The notes under the pieces: model-generated | What the model saw: only the letters and a program-made list of their open reading frames with translations | Database searches by the model: none | What the model was told of the DNA's origin: nothing | Program-made: the position numbers and the translations under genes | Shown: positions 36,627 through 50,189 of the stretch, in pieces | Layout of the letters: each line of letters starts with the position of its first letter | Position numbering within the stretch: position 1 is the first letter of the stretch | From: Marsupella aquatica | Lineage: Eukaryota > Plantae > Marchantiophyta | Length of the DNA: 64,000 nucleotides | Reading direction: 5' to 3' | NCBI GenBank assembly: GCA_973895155.1 | Contig: OZ316894.1 | Location: forward strand, 9,324,234-9,388,233

Positions 36627-38419
36627 TCAGTGAACTTCGAGCGAAGATCCTGAATCATCCACAACAGAAGTCAGCTCAACAACTAGTAAATTGAGAAGAG
36701 AACTTGACGAGCATGTGATGGTTATTATAGAAATTATCAGCCCCATGCGTGAAAAATTATCAGTCCCAAACGTTTGATACAATAGAAAGTTGTTTAAACT
36801 CACCAGTTGAGAATCTCAGTATTTGCAATTCTGAGAGAAACGCGTCTGTATTCGCACAGAACTAAAACTTTATGTGCCAGTTGGAAGTGTTTGGGAATCC
36901 ATCACATCTACATCCACAACGGTGCCCACGGCCAAGTTGAGACAGGTAAAGAAGAACATACAAACTAGGAAGTGAACACCTGTTGACAACGGCTTAGCCC
37001 AGAAGTCCAAAAGAATGGATCAATGAAAAACTTTGAGCATAAACATGATTTCTCTGGCCATGGACCTACACAGAAATTTAGCTGTAGAGACTCGAAACAT
37101 ATTATAGTGGTCAACCACAAGTCCACATATCCTCTGATAGAGACTGCTGACCAGATGGGGTGCACAAACAGTGTGGAGAAGCTTAATGTGATGCTCACTT
37201 GATAAATTACGCAGAGAAATGCGAGCATCTTCACTTGCAATAGCTGATTTTTGCAACCAGTACTGTCCCTATTGTCAGAGCCAAGGAAGAAAATCCCAAT
37301 GATCAGATACAGGCAAAAGGTAGATCTCAAGCCGAGCACCATGTATCCACACAACCATTTTGTCGGGTAGAAAATGGCAAAGTCATTAAAAAGGACCTTG
37401 GAAAATGTTACCTTCTTCATATCTACAGCAACTCCATAACCTGAACAATACATTTGCCCTACGAGACTTTGCATGTCAACTTCACCGCTCTCTGCAGCGT
37501 TCAAAGTGGCCTCAAACCAGCGTCTCTCGCAATCAGCGACTACATCTTTCAGAGGCAATCTTCGAGATGAATCTCCTAGTGACGACAACTGCGCTTCCTT
37601 TTTGCTCTCGGAGAACTCACCCGACGTCATTCTGTGGAAAGCAGCAGATTTCGTGACTGTCATCCAGTCAGCGTATGCAAAGTAACCAAATATTTCATTT
37701 CACTTTCTTTCCAGAGAATCCCAAATAATTACGTCATTCTCCAAATACTTTAGATCAGGACGTCACTAAAGCTGTGGATCAATCTGTCTCTTGCACGAGC
37801 TAGAAAGAAACTGACACGGATTACTGATATCGAGAAATCCTGACCAGCAAGTGGTACAAATGGGTTTGCAGAGAAAGGCAATTGTACCGTTGCTAGTCAC
37901 ATCAGTAAGATATCGTCAGCTTAACAATATGTGAACCGAAGGAAGTGGACATCCGACACCGCGCCCTGGATGTTGCTATAATTCAGCATTTAGGGTTGAA
38001 AAGCCATTAAGTCATTCCTTCACTCAGTTGCCCAATTACCCTGATCAAGTGACTGAACGACAATCTGAGGAAGATGAACACGAACTCCAGCATAGCAGGC
38101 ATCTTCGAAAATTTGAACCCTCGGAAGTGTGGGAAAGAAGTCTTCCAGAACTTAGACATTTTATTTAATTTCATTTTAGGGGAAACTTTGTGTAACTCAT
38201 TTCACATAAACAGTCTTCCGGGAGGTTCACGAATTCATGCCTGTGAAATTTTGTAGAATTTAAACGAAAAGCAATGGCAAAAGAATCCGTCAAGTCAAAA
38301 CAACTCAATCCATCCATAAATCTAGAACCACAGAGCTGCTTTTCAGAATCTACAAACTCACCACTCGCCTCGTCGTCTCCCAGACTTTGAAGCAAAAGCG
38401 GGCCAGACAGCAAAAACAT
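36627..38419 (-). CDS. Small plant Sel1-repeat / HCP-like protein
   Basis: LPLKDVVADCERRWFEATLNAAESGEVDMQSLVGQMYCSGYG matches the conserved plant single-Sel1 family. Exons 38419-38362 (inferred), 37656-37412, 37268-37199 and 36682-36627 have consistent phases. The start could instead be the ATG at 37630. Confidence 0.85.
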
Positions 38420-41199
38420 CCATCAGCGGCCCAAAAAATTCAACGCAATTCACAGAGAGACCGAATGATGAAGGGCCTTCCCCTCGGTAATCTTTTTGAG
38501 TAGCGCTGGAGCTGCAATTGCAATGTTGCTCACCAAGACGTGAATGCATCATAGTGGAAAGCAGATTAGAGTACGCATCAAAACAACTGAACGGTTTCCA
38601 CTCCATCGCTCCTTCATTTTCGTTCCCGAGCTGCGGAAAGAATTTCAATCCTTCAAAGGAAAATCCTCGATCTCTTGTCAAGAATCACGAGTTCAAAACT
38701 ACGGTTTTCATGAGAAAACGAATACCGTACTACTGAAGAAAGAAACTTCGTATCAGTTTACTGTACCAACTCAATTTTGTTCTTGCCGAGATTCGAGCAC
38801 GGACCGACTGACAGCACGAAAAGAACCGAAAAGAACTGAAACAGCCCGGGAAGTGGAAACCACGAAGTGATGACGTGTCGGTCGTGGCGAGCACCGACAT
38901 GCCGACGTGTCGGTCTTGCGGGTAACCAGTTGCTGGCTTTAAAAAAAGGTCCCTCTTAGTGAGGGTAGCCTTTTTGCCAATAGATTATTGGTTTAATTGA
39001 TCACACGAAGAATCATTGGTTGAGAGGAGTTTCAAGGGTGTGCTATTTCTAATTATAAACAAATATCATGCGTATTGCACGTGCTATCAGGTAATTTTTC
39101 CTTTCTTTGTATGCAATAGTTTATAGTTGTGTCCTCAACAATCTGTGACGCATTAACATGACGTACTTTCCCAATAAGTAAAATGATAGAGAAATGAGAA
39201 ATCTACAACGAATGTTGTGGTCTTTGAATTAAACAATGCATATGACACTGTCAAATAGCAAAAAGTGTCCAACAAGGAGACAAGAATTAGTAAAGGAGTA
39301 CTTTCAGGCTTTTCGGTTTTCCTGAGATTTTCCCCTCTGTTTTCTGTCAATGCTTTTGTGATCGTGTCTCCCAGCTATGAGCCTTTTGTGTTTTGCCCGT
39401 GTAATATATATAATTGGCATGTTTGCCACATTACAAAGGGCTAGGACATTCATTAGGGGCTATAGGTTTTAGTGACTCTAGATAAATTACTATTCATGAC
39501 CCTCCTATGGGGTTAACTCCAGCTTTACCAAGCTTTCCTGCTTGCTCTTTTTGTAGGGTTTTAGTTCTTTTTGCATTTGGTTATGACTCTTGACTATTTG
39601 GCTTGTTAAGGTTTTCCCATATCTTCTCCCCTTTTGGGGGATGGGACTGATGGGCTTATTTTCCACCCTGAAACTCCATTCAAGTTGCTATTAATAATCC
39701 ATCTGGAGCTATACCAGACTTTTCAGTTTGGTGCTCAGTAGGGCTTGATTACTTTTGCCATTGTATGAGACTTGTGGTTCTTTGGATCTTTGGTCTTCCT
39801 AGGATTTCCCCTTGTTTCCCTCTCTTTATAGGGTTTCTTGCATTTGAGATCCTATGGCAGTTTCTGTTATTTGGCGATCTGAGATATACTTGATCGTACA
39901 TGTGGGCTTCTCTTCTTTCCTAAAATCTTGATTGGCAAACTTTACAAAGAAGTAAAACAAACCTAGTAGGCTCCTGTTTCACCGATAGCTTAAATGAACC
40001 AAGTTACAGGTATGCTTTTCACCCACCACTTGAGTGAGAACTAAGATGAACCACTATGCAGAATGATGGGCTTCTGCTTCACCACACAATATATATTATA
40101 ATGTGTGATTGAAGTCTACCTTTCCTGATCTACTGGGCAGAGTGAAGCCATAGGTCATAATTTATCTGGTAGGTTCAATGATTTAAATATTTAGATATGA
40201 TTGTGAATAGAGAAGGGCATGGGTATTCTGGGTAAGGGAGCCCTTCCTATGCATACTCAACAATATCTGGGTAAGTTTACTTGCCTTGGAAAAGGTTGCA
40301 CACTTGGCCCTGTTACCCTGGAGTCTTGTACTTTTGTACAGTTCCCAAAGGGAAGAAATGTTTTTCCATCAGAACAGGTTTTAAGGTTTTTTCCTTTTTG
40401 GCCAAGGTGAAGAAGAGCCAAGATCAGATGTGCTCAGAACATTCCTTATCCACCTGTCCTTCAATAGTTTTGAGCCTTAGATAACACTAGATTTAAGGGT
40501 AAGGGTAAGACTCTGGCTATAGGGATCACTGATGAGAAACTGGCTTGTCTAAAGAAGAAGAAAAAAAACTACACTGTTCACCATAATTAGTGTTATGCAA
40601 AAATTAATGTTAGTATAAAATTAGGGCAATTTTGGTAGTGATTTGAGTCCAATTTAGTCTATTATTCAGAATGGCTCTTTTTCCACTTTTCTTTAAATTT
40701 ATAGTAAAAAACTGGATGATATTAAAACCAAAATAACAGTAATTCAAGTGCATTTTTTAAAATAGTTACAATCTAATTACTATTAGTTCACACTATAGTG
40801 GCAAATAGTGGGGTGAAAAATTGTCCAATTTTCGCCACTAAAAACAACGCTCTTACACACTTGTCCTGTACTCCATTCCACTTGGAGTACAGTACAGAAC
40901 AGTGGTGTACAGGACTACAGGAGTTTTGATTTTTAAACTCGCCTGATGACGTTGCCTAGCATGAGCGCGAATAGTACTGTAGTCCATCCTCTGTTGCAGA
41001 AGCCAGAAGGTGACGAGGCGGAGAAGTTGGGCGATAATTAAATTATTCGTCGAAGGACAAGGAGGTTAGTTCACATGAGTGTCGATAAGTGTCAGATGCA
41101 CAGATGCAGAAACAGAATCACGCACCCTGAATTGGGTCAGGCCGACATCATTCTCTGGGAATGCCTTCATGCGAGCAGCAGCGATCTGACCAACGGATT

Positions 41200-41790
41200 T
41201 CTTTTTTGTCCAAACTTTATTGCATGGGTGATCTCTATCGCTCCTATTTTTTACGATCATACTACGGGTGATCTCTATCGCTCCTAGTTTTTACTCTTTC
41301 GGTTTTTGTCCAAACTTTATTGCATGGGTGAGGATCTCTATCGCTCCTATTTTTTTACTCTTTCAGTACGTTTTTGGAGTTTGCATTTGCAATCTTTTTT
41401 TTTTTACTTGTTTAGAGTCCTGTATGGTTTTGGAGTTTGCATTTTTTCCCGCGTTCTTTTTACTTGTTGGGAGTCCTGTGTTTGTCTATGCCCTAAACTA
41501 TATATAGTCCGACAGGACAAAGATCCCAAAGGGGGAGATGCCAAAAGGGCCCAATAAAGGGAGGGAAGAGTAAATTGCATTTGCCCTCTTTTTCTTGACT
41601 TTTTTGAGTTCTGTGTTTGTCTAAACCCTAAACTATATATCCCAGTGTGTTTGTCTACACCCTAAACTATATATCACATTGCCATAGGACAAAGACCCCA
41701 CACAGGGAGATGGCAAAAGGGCCCAATAAAGGGAGAGAAGAGGAAGGACAAAGACACCAATCCCAATGGCAAAAGGACCTACAAGGGAGT
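41200..41790 (+). repeat. Cluster of short direct repeats
   Basis: gatctctatcgctccta x3; tgtgtttgtcta..ccctaaactatat x3; ggacaaaga..gggagatg.caaaagggcccaataaaggga x2. Confidence 0.7.
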
Positions 41791-42039
41791 TAGTTACAAT
41801 GGGCTATGGTGCTGGTTTTCTCCAATGTGACAGTTTTTGCTTCATTTTAAATGTACCCACACTCCATTCTCCATGGATCGCACTCCATTCTCCATGGATC
41901 CACATTTCTTAGTTGCATTGGGATTGGTCTTGTCGAGACGCATCAAATCGGTATGAAACACAATACAAACGATTCTGTATCGACATACTTACGGTCACAT
42001 TAGTTTGTGGCATTTTACTATTATTTTTTTGCAATTTTT

Positions 42040-42520
42040 AGCGTGATTTTTACGGTCATATCTCAGTCAATCCTTCATGCAATCCGGATTTCTCAAATGA
42101 TTTGGAAAGCCCTTCTCCTGGCAAGTGAGATCGATCCAAAGTGCGGCCCAAACGGTCTCATGAGGCCTTGATTAGGTTTCACAGTTTCTTCAATTTTGGC
42201 AATAATCTCTTTTGATCAATTTTGGGGGCATATATCAGTTAATCCTTTAAGGAATCCAATTTCTCAGGTGATTTGGAAATCTCTTTTCCTAGCAAGTCAA
42301 ATCAATCCCAAGATTGGCCCAAATGGTCACATATTGAGACCGTTAAGCCCTGATTAGGTTTCGTAGTTTTTCTTCAATTGGTGGAGTGTGCATCTCTTTT
42401 GATCAACTTTGGGGGTCATATCCCAGTCACTCCTTCATGGAAGTCATTCTCAAGTGATTTGGCAAGCTCTTCTCTGAGAGTGTAAGATCAATTCCAAGTG
42501 TGGGTCCAATTGGTTCAATA
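42040..42520 (+). repeat. Degenerate tandem repeat (about 170-190-bp units, x3), probably TE-derived
   Basis: catatctcagtcaatccttc...tgatttggaaagc...caagt..gatc.atcc.aa..ggcccaaa.ggtc recurs near 42057, 42229 and 42417. Confidence 0.7.
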
Positions 42521-42773
42521 TCAACATTGTTATGCTCCGATTACATTTTAGATTTCCTCATCAAGTTTTTGTAGCAATTTCCTTCAAGCTCACCTTGTTG
42601 GGCATATGCACATTTTCACCCTCTCTAGCATCCTTTTCGAGGCAAACGGACCAAGCTTGGATTCTTTTTATTTGGTGCAATTTGGGAGGCAAAACCAAAG
42701 GTATACAAGATGTTGTGAGAGATGTTATTGCCTAGGTTCTCTCTAGGTCTTTGGTACACGTGCGCCAAGAGAT

Positions 42774-43121
42774 TGTTAGGATTTACTCTTAGGTCTAGAG
42801 TAATGACTGTACCGTAGTTAAGGCTAACCTTAGTCGCAGACTTGGTTAGGTTAATCATGTTGTGCACACTCTATACCCAAGCGATGTTTGCTTGGAGAGT
42901 AGGAACTTAGGCTCATTGTTACGGAGCCAATTGAGAGATAGGAAGAGCTTGCGCTGTGGATGCTTGGTATGGCCGGTAGGCTTAGAGTGCAGTAAAGCTT
43001 TTGTGTGTTCCCCTGGATGTAGCCTCATGTGGAGGTGAACCACGTATCTATCTGTGTGACTCTTGTACGTGCGTTGGATGGTTCATGGGCTTGTCATTAC
43101 GATTGTCATCTATGTTCAACA
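42774..43121 (+). mobile_element. Solo LTR (348 bp) related to the copia element at 4192-9979
   Basis: TGTTAG...TCAACA, flanks GAGAT / GAGGT (4 of 5 TSD match). From ggaacttaggctcattgttacgg onward it closely matches the copia 3' LTR. Confidence 0.9.
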
Positions 43122-43692
43122 GAGGTAGTGCTCAGGCTAGCTACCAAGTCCTCCACCACAACAATTTAGGGTTGATTTGACCATGGTCCGTGATAGTCGA
43201 CATACTCTTGCGGATGTTGTGGTAGCAAACCCTTTGCCCCACGAACTCATTGAGATAGTGGCAACTCATAGATACAACAGTAGGGGAAGTGGAATCCAAA
43301 ATAACCATGACAAAGGAGGCAAAATGTGTTGACTTGCTCAAGCTTCATCTGAACCTTTCTCCCCCTTGATATTGAGATATGTGGGCATCTTCATCATCAG
43401 TTTCACCGGCTTCTTGGACAAGCTGCTCATGATATTCACGGATGAATGGGTCTTTTTGGACCCCACTATCCATCTTGACCACACATGCCTTACATTGTGC
43501 CCAAGCTCAGCAAATTATTGTTGATTCCTCATAGTGGGTGCAATTGTGCCTTTGTAGACTCGGGTGTAGACGCTTGCCCCCTTACAGGACATTCCTGTCC
43601 CACTTGCTGATTTAGTTAGGACACTAGATGTGGACTATTAGCCCTTGCCACATTTTCCAATGTGGACACTAGTCTTTGAGTTTGCACTCATG

Positions 43693-44055
43693 TGTTAGGG
43701 TTAACTCTAGTCTTGGGTTAACTTCTAGTTGCTTAGGCTAAACCACCATTAGGGAGTTAATGGTGATTAGCCATGACTCTAGTATCTAGCATATAGTGGG
43801 GCTAGAGAGAGCTCCTCTTGGAGACTCATATATGCTCATTGTTGATTGACCTATATAGTTAGGTGCTAGGAGGAGAGCTTGTACAAAGAGGCTTTGTGTG
43901 GCCATGGTGTCCAAAGCTTAGTAAAGCTCTAGCATTCTGTGGACATAGGGTTGACAAAGGTGTACCACGTACATCTTGTGTTGGTGTGTGCATGTGCTTG
44001 TTGATTGTGCTCTTGGTTGTGTCATGTTAGTTTTCCCAACAATTGATATCAGATC
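43693..44055 (+). mobile_element. 5' LTR of a third LTR family with a degenerate tRNA-iMet primer-binding site
   Basis: TGTTAG (43693) ... CCCAACA (44041), followed by at-TGATATCAGATC, two mismatches from TGGTATCAGAGC. Shares gctcattgtt, gagagcttgt, agtaaagctct and accacgta blocks with the other LTRs. Confidence 0.75.
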
Positions 44056-44689
44056 AAAGCTTGGGTGGTGACAATTTGGAAAGAGAAATTTTAGCAATGC
44101 GGTGACTAACGAGATTGAGTCTCCCAATGGTCTTGCTGAGTGTGTGGATGTACGAGGGGGCATGCTCAAGAGGACTAGTAGACGCTTATAAATTGAGAGG
44201 TATGTCAATTTCTTAATTAAACGGTTTTTGGTGGTTCTTGAATTGTTGTTTATTGGAGGCATTGAGTGGTACAATTGCAGTGGAGACCTATGAGCAACAC
44301 TCAACTGTAGGCGGAAGAGAGTTTGTCAATTTGGTGGGCAAAATGCTGGAAACGAACAAGCGATGGCTTCAAACAGAGGGATTGTAGCTTGTTTGAATTG
44401 TGAAAGCTATGGAGTAAAGAAAGGGTAGCAACCCATTTTTCAAAATTCTGGTTGCTAGAAATGTTGAGGTGATTGGAAAGTTTATTTCAGTGGAAGGTTG
44501 AAGTGGTGTGGTCATTTTGAACCCAAGAGTGGGCCCAAGAGTAGCCGCAAACAAAGGAGTGTACGCGACGCAATTGAAGATATTAATTTGCTGCAGATAA
44601 GAGTGTGATGGTGATGACATTTTGATTTGGAAGGGTGCACAAACACATTTCTTAAATAGAAAGAACCAAAGGTGGGCCTCCCGCTGTTG

Positions 44690-45585
44690 CACTTCCTAAG
44701 TCCGATGATGTTTCTTTGAAGTCCTTGAGCAAGAATGTGCCAAGAAAGTGGCCCTACAGCTAGTGTGTTTGATTTATTATGGGAGCAACTGGCCCCCAAA
44801 AGTGTTGGTTGCATGCCACCACCCCTATAATAGTCATAGCCGTTGGATTGGATAAGATCAAATGGCAAAAATTGTGGCAATATAGTGCAACTCTAGCCAT
44901 TCGATCTCTGAATCAACAGCCATGGTAAGCAATGCCACCCCCATGCCCCTCCCTTGAGTGAATCTCAGTTGTTCGATTGGCTTGATTTCACTTCCTAAGT
45001 CCGATGATGTTTCTTTGAAGTCCTTGAGCAAGAATGTGCCAAGAAAGTGGCCCTACAGCTAGTGTGTTTGATTTATTATGGGAGCAACTGGCCCCCAAAA
45101 GTGTTGGTTGCATGCCACCACCCCTATAATAGTCATAGCCGTTGGATTGGATAAGATCAAATGGCAAAAATTGTGGCAATATAGTGCAACTCTAGCCATT
45201 CGATCTCTGAATCAACAGCCATGGTAAGCAATGCCACCCCCATGCCCCTCCCTTGAGTGAATCTCAGTTGTTCGATTGGCTTGATTTCACTTCCTAAGTC
45301 CGATGATGTTTCTTTGAAGTCCTTGAGCAAGAATGTGCCAAGAAAGTGGCCCTACAGCTAGTGTGTTTGATTTATTATGGGAGCAACTGGCCCCCAAAAG
45401 TGTTGGTTGCATGCCACCACCCCTATAATAGTCATAGCCGTTGGATTGGATAAGATCAAATGGCAAAAATTGTGGCAATATAGTGCAACTCTAGCCATTG
45501 GATCTCTGAATCAACAGCCATGGTAAGCAATGCCACCCCCATGCCCCTCCCTTGAGTGAATCTCAGTTGTTCGATTGGCTTGATT
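44690..45585 (+). repeat. Near-perfect tandem triplication of a 299-bp unit
   Basis: Units start at 44690, 44989 and 45288. One internal substitution seen (ccattcgatc vs ccattggatc). Confidence 0.97.
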
Positions 45586-46084
45586 GACATCAAGAAGGAG
45601 GCGCATTTGGTCACCCATCCCTCCCACTTCCCCAACCCGCAACCCTCCTAAACTGTAAGATGTCAAGGATATGACGGTTTGTGCCTCCCACTTGAATCCT
45701 TTACACATCATGGGCTGGGTTGACTGGGCCCGTTATACATACCCACAATTCATTGAGGCCATCCAATCTTGCGCATCCAACGGTCACAATCAAACAAGCC
45801 CCTACACTTGGTTTACACTCCCTTTACAATAATAGCTATTGATCCAAGAGATCCAACGGTCCAAATTTAATCATGGGAAACCGACCCTGTCACAGTGGAA
45901 CAACCCCCTCTCAGTAATTTGCTGCAGGGTTCTTGAAAATCCAAGAGTGCTCTTTACGTGGCATTTCAACAATTTGAAGGGGCAAATAGTATCCACTTTG
46001 GCTCCCCGCGTAATTAGCTTCATGATGGTACTAGCAGCTTTCTAAACAGTCACGAAACTCAATTACCTTAACACTTAGCTTTGG

Positions 46085-47890
46085 CGTCGCTGACGCCGAG
46101 CTCCCCTATGGTCCAAACCAGGAATGACCATCCGGGGAGGACTTAGGATGGAGAGACTAGTGGGCAATGGGGCGTGGCACTGACGAAGGCAAGGTGCTAC
46201 GTTGGTGACAATTAATCCGTGGACCCCCATGTTATTTTAGAGACAGTTATCTAGAAACTGAAGCCTAGATGGACCTCCAAATCTAAAGAAAAAAATTTCA
46301 AACTGGACAAGTCAATGTTTGACACTTGAAACAATTGCCAAACTTACCAAGACAACCATAATTAACATCAATCACAAAACAAGGTGCAATGTGAACTACT
46401 TTTTAATGTGTGGGCAGCTTAATTGCCCACTTCAGCAAAACGGTGTTCGACGGTTTTCTCCACGTTATCGAAGGGATGCTGGATGCATTTAGGTTGCATC
46501 AAAAGTAATCACTTTTCAATTCCTACATGCAGAGATACAAAGAGAGAGAAGTCATTGGTGTCATCAAATCACTAACCTTGCATAATTGTATGACAAAAAG
46601 TTTCATGGAAACTAATTTCCAATTGTGGAATTCAGAATGGATTGAAAGTTAGAGAAATTTAGAATTTCATGACCACTTTAGTACTTGATAAAATCTCTCA
46701 ATGTCACACTCATTGGAAAGCTAGAGAACATTGGAAACTTATAATCTCCTCATAACTCAACTAAATCTATCAATGTTAAGTTCATTAAACAACTAAAGAA
46801 ATTCTAAAATTCATAATCTCCTTAGTACTCCATAAAATCTATCAATTTTAGGTTCATTCTCATGGAAGGGGTCAACATTTCAGGGGCTGTACAACAATTT
46901 TTTTAATTTACATTAGAGATTAAAAAATCATGGGTAAAATATATTTTTCAAAATATTTACTCAATTCTTATCTAATGGTGACAACTCTGAGCTCATCACG
47001 ACCGTCTCTTCAAGATCTTTCCAACGCCATATTATACGTGAGTTTTCATTATGATTTGACTTAGCAATGTCAAATCAAAAATTGTTGTCAAGAAATTTTT
47101 ATGTTTTGAATAAAATCAAATGGAAATAAAACCGTTATTGGGAGCAATTTTACCTCAATCTTTTTATCTTTTGATTTGCATGTCAATTTTTTTTAATTCT
47201 TTTTTACAGCATGGCGTCCTAGTTTTTACAGCAAAGTTGCCACAAACACGAATGTAGAAGTTAATTTTATCCAAAAACAAGTCCTTTCCTGTTTGTGGCA
47301 TGCCATGATGATGTGGCGTGCTGTGGAGCCAGGAATTTTGGAAAGGACCTCTAATGGGGGTTCGTAAACACTAAGGACTTAGACTGGCTGGGGGCTGGTT
47401 GGGTCATGGGAAAGGGCCGAACTCAAGGTCAACTGTTTGGACCCCCGAACGGACTTTGAGTTTGAGGGCTTGAGTGAAAGCTCATCTTGGGCCCAAGGCT
47501 AATGGAGTTTACTTCATGCACAACGGACGCTTGGGACACGAGATACGACCCGACCCAGGTTTGGCCGCTCTGGGGCCCTAGGCGATGATGCGTTCTAAGG
47601 GCCTAGGCATGAGCACTGGGTTGGCCCAATCACAACGGGCTACGGCACTTTGCCTACAAATGCCTAACTAGAAAGTTGTGGGCATAGCCAGTTGGTGGCA
47701 TGCCCAGACGTGCGGGTTGGGGTCTAGGTGGGGGACCAAAGTAGGTCCGGGGGTGGCAGGTCTCCCCAAGCATATACGAGGGGAGTGGTGTCTCCCTGGG
47801 GGCTAAAGGCGAGCTGAAATCGTGAGTCGCGATGATCACGACACTAAGGGAAAACGTCAAACAAAAATAGTGATAACTTTCCAACGGGAA
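46085..47890. repeat. Inverted paralog of the repeat flanking the CACTA element (empty site), interrupted by the element at 46213-47368
   Basis: The reverse complement reads cccatgacccaaccagcccccagccagtctaagt; the rejoined CACTA flanks read cccatgacttgaccaactcccaatgccaatctaagt. Confidence 0.85.
46213..47368 (+). mobile_element. Small non-autonomous element, copy 2 (same family as 29560-30393)
   Basis: Ends taatccgtggaccccc ... ggacctctaatgggggttcgtaaa. It interrupts the dispersed repeat, which resumes on both sides. Confidence 0.6.
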
Positions 47891-48456
47891 GTCTGTTGTT
47901 GAGCTTGAGTTAGGATGCTAGACTTGGGGAGATCTAGATCTTGTTGGGTTACTTACCGGGATACTTGGTTGCTTGTGTAGACTGTGAGGACTGTTGAGCG
48001 ATGGTCGTGTTAGGGAGCAAGTGCGGCTTTGTATGAGAGTGCAAGGGGCATCAAGTTGCTTGCTCAAGGAGTTCCATGGAGGCGTTTGGGCACCAAGGGC
48101 ACTTAGGGGTGGGTGTTGGGATTGGTGAGGGCGCTAGGAGGCAAGGTTCACCACTTAAACAAACATAAGCAAGTTATTCACTTAAAATTTTATAAGAGGG
48201 TACAAAATGGTTGAGTTTTGTGATCTTGACACTGAATAATTTTTAACTCAGAGGTCGGTTTGCTGAGCCATTAAGTATTTCAAAACACTTGTCTTGTGAG
48301 TATGTGTGTGATACTAAATTTTTAGTGTGAGCATTTTGGTTTTCCTCAACTTTTCATGACACTTGCATGTGGGCTTGCATGAGAGACAAGCTTGGCGATA
48401 CCACTTGAGCTACATCAATTGGAGGGGAACAGGGAGAGCCCCATGTCTCTTGGAAG

Positions 48457-48820
48457 GTGAGTAGTGCAAAGTTTGAGGTGGTGAGGTTTGACGGGCGGTC
48501 AGATTACTTGCTATGGGAGCGGCAAGTCAAGGGAGTGCTGAAAACAATTGGTTTTAGCAAGACACGTAAGCCAAAACCTGACACGGTTGGAGACAATGGC
48601 TGGAGTGATACCCAGGAGATGGCAATGCTCACTGTCATGCTCTACCAACCACAAGTCATCAAGCAGGTGGACAATCACTAAAATTGTGTGTCTTTATTTA
48701 CAATACTCAAGGAGAAGATCACCAGAACGAGCTGTCAAACCGACTCTTCCTATCGTTGAAGTGATGAGTTTCAGGATGAAAGAAGGTGATGCAAAGATCC
48801 AGGATCACAAGACTTGGTAG
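48457..48820 (+). pseudogene. Copia gag remnant
   Basis: SSAKFEVVRFDGRSDYLLWERQVKGVL...MSFRMKEGDAKIQDH, clearly similar to the gag at 5775. Frameshifted and truncated. Confidence 0.9.
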
Positions 48821-50189
48821 TGGGTCAACCTGGATAATCGAAAGGCTTTCCATCCTTCCCTTTTTTCCCCGCTTTTTTCTCTAACCATAAAAGGTGCAAA
48901 AACTGGCTAGTTGCCAGTTCTTCTCTTTTTCTCCAACCATGTTGCGCTTTTTTTAAGTCTTTGTAAGTGCTGCAAAGAGAGCACCACGAAATGACAGATA
49001 TGTAAGTGCAAGGCCCTCTGTAAGGGTGTGTGTACAATAATGGGTAGGAGGACAACATCTTTATGGATGAGTGCATATGGTTTTTATATAGAGATAACAA
49101 TGTAGTTATGAGATAGTTGACAGGGGCTTACCATGGAGATTCACAAACCAAGGGATGTAGAGTCAATAGTTTAGGGACAGCACATGAATCCTACTTGAAT
49201 GTAAGATGAAAACCTCTTCAAGGTGACAAGTGGCAGAGGGAAGAGGACTGATTGAAGGTAAACCCTAAATTACCCATCCTTAATAAGTGTAAAGTCTGAA
49301 ATGTGCACCAATTATGTAGTCCAAACCACACGTAAGTGCAAAACCCTGGCTTTGTCGTGAGAGTGTCCACTTAGCAAGAGTTCACTGTACTTCAATCTTC
49401 TTTAATATTCATAGACTAGCCCAATACCCCTGTGGCACATGAATGGCAAGGGCAAAGAACAGAAAGCAAGGCAAAGCACTGGTTGGAAGGCAAAATGGGC
49501 ACATAGAGCGTGTTTTCAGCCAATCAAATGGTGACAAGAAACTATTTTTTTCTTGTCCAAAATACAATTCATCAAATGAGGATCAACTACAATTAACTCT
49601 CTTCAAGTGCACGCTTTCGGGAAGACAGATCCAACATGCACTAAACCAGATGTTGCATTGATAAGCGCACACCACCTAAAAAGTGCACTTATCAATATGT
49701 GCGCTTGATTTATATCCCTTTCTTAAAATTAGGGCCCCTCCGTTAGTAAGTAATCAGCCTCATATCTCATATCCCTGCCCTAATTATGTGCTCACCCTCC
49801 TTAAGTGCATTCTCTACTAAGAATGGACATGCATTTATTGGTAAATGCAATTTTGTGATTTTGTGGGTTTACCAATTCTAGCATAGAGACACTTATCAAG
49901 GGTAAACTCTCATAAAATTTGTCTTTCAGCAAAATGATTTTAGTCCTGTGTGTGCTTAGAAAAATACTTAAAAATAACTTATCCTATGTAAAAAGGGAGG
50001 GAAGAATAGGATTACCTACACTAATCGCGATAATGGAATGTGCTCTTAGAGAGAGCCAGTACAGTAGAACCAGCAGATTTAGATCTTATGGTGGTAGATT
50101 ACAATAACTACATTTTACTGTCATGCACCTATGCCCAATTACTATTCTCGGATTTGTACATAAAGAGCCAACAGCTTTCGCCACCAGCC

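Noticed and set aside
39050-39085. Decayed Helitron-like hairpin catgcgtattgcacgtg
   Set aside because: No CTRR terminus at the expected distance and no matching 5' end was found.
39420-40570. Possible decayed LINE ORF1 (zinc-knuckle-like remnant near 39765, A-rich end)
   Set aside because: Too degraded to read a continuous frame by eye. It needs a TE protein profile search.
40945-41200. Short exon-like fragment with a possible intron
   Set aside because: It contains an in-frame stop, is very short and matches no family I recognise.
44690-45585. Repeated 63-aa ORFs (MPQFLPFDLIQ...) as a tandem peptide gene family or CRISPR-like array
   Set aside because: They are a by-product of the 299-bp triplication, start at non-ATG codons, and there are no variable spacers.
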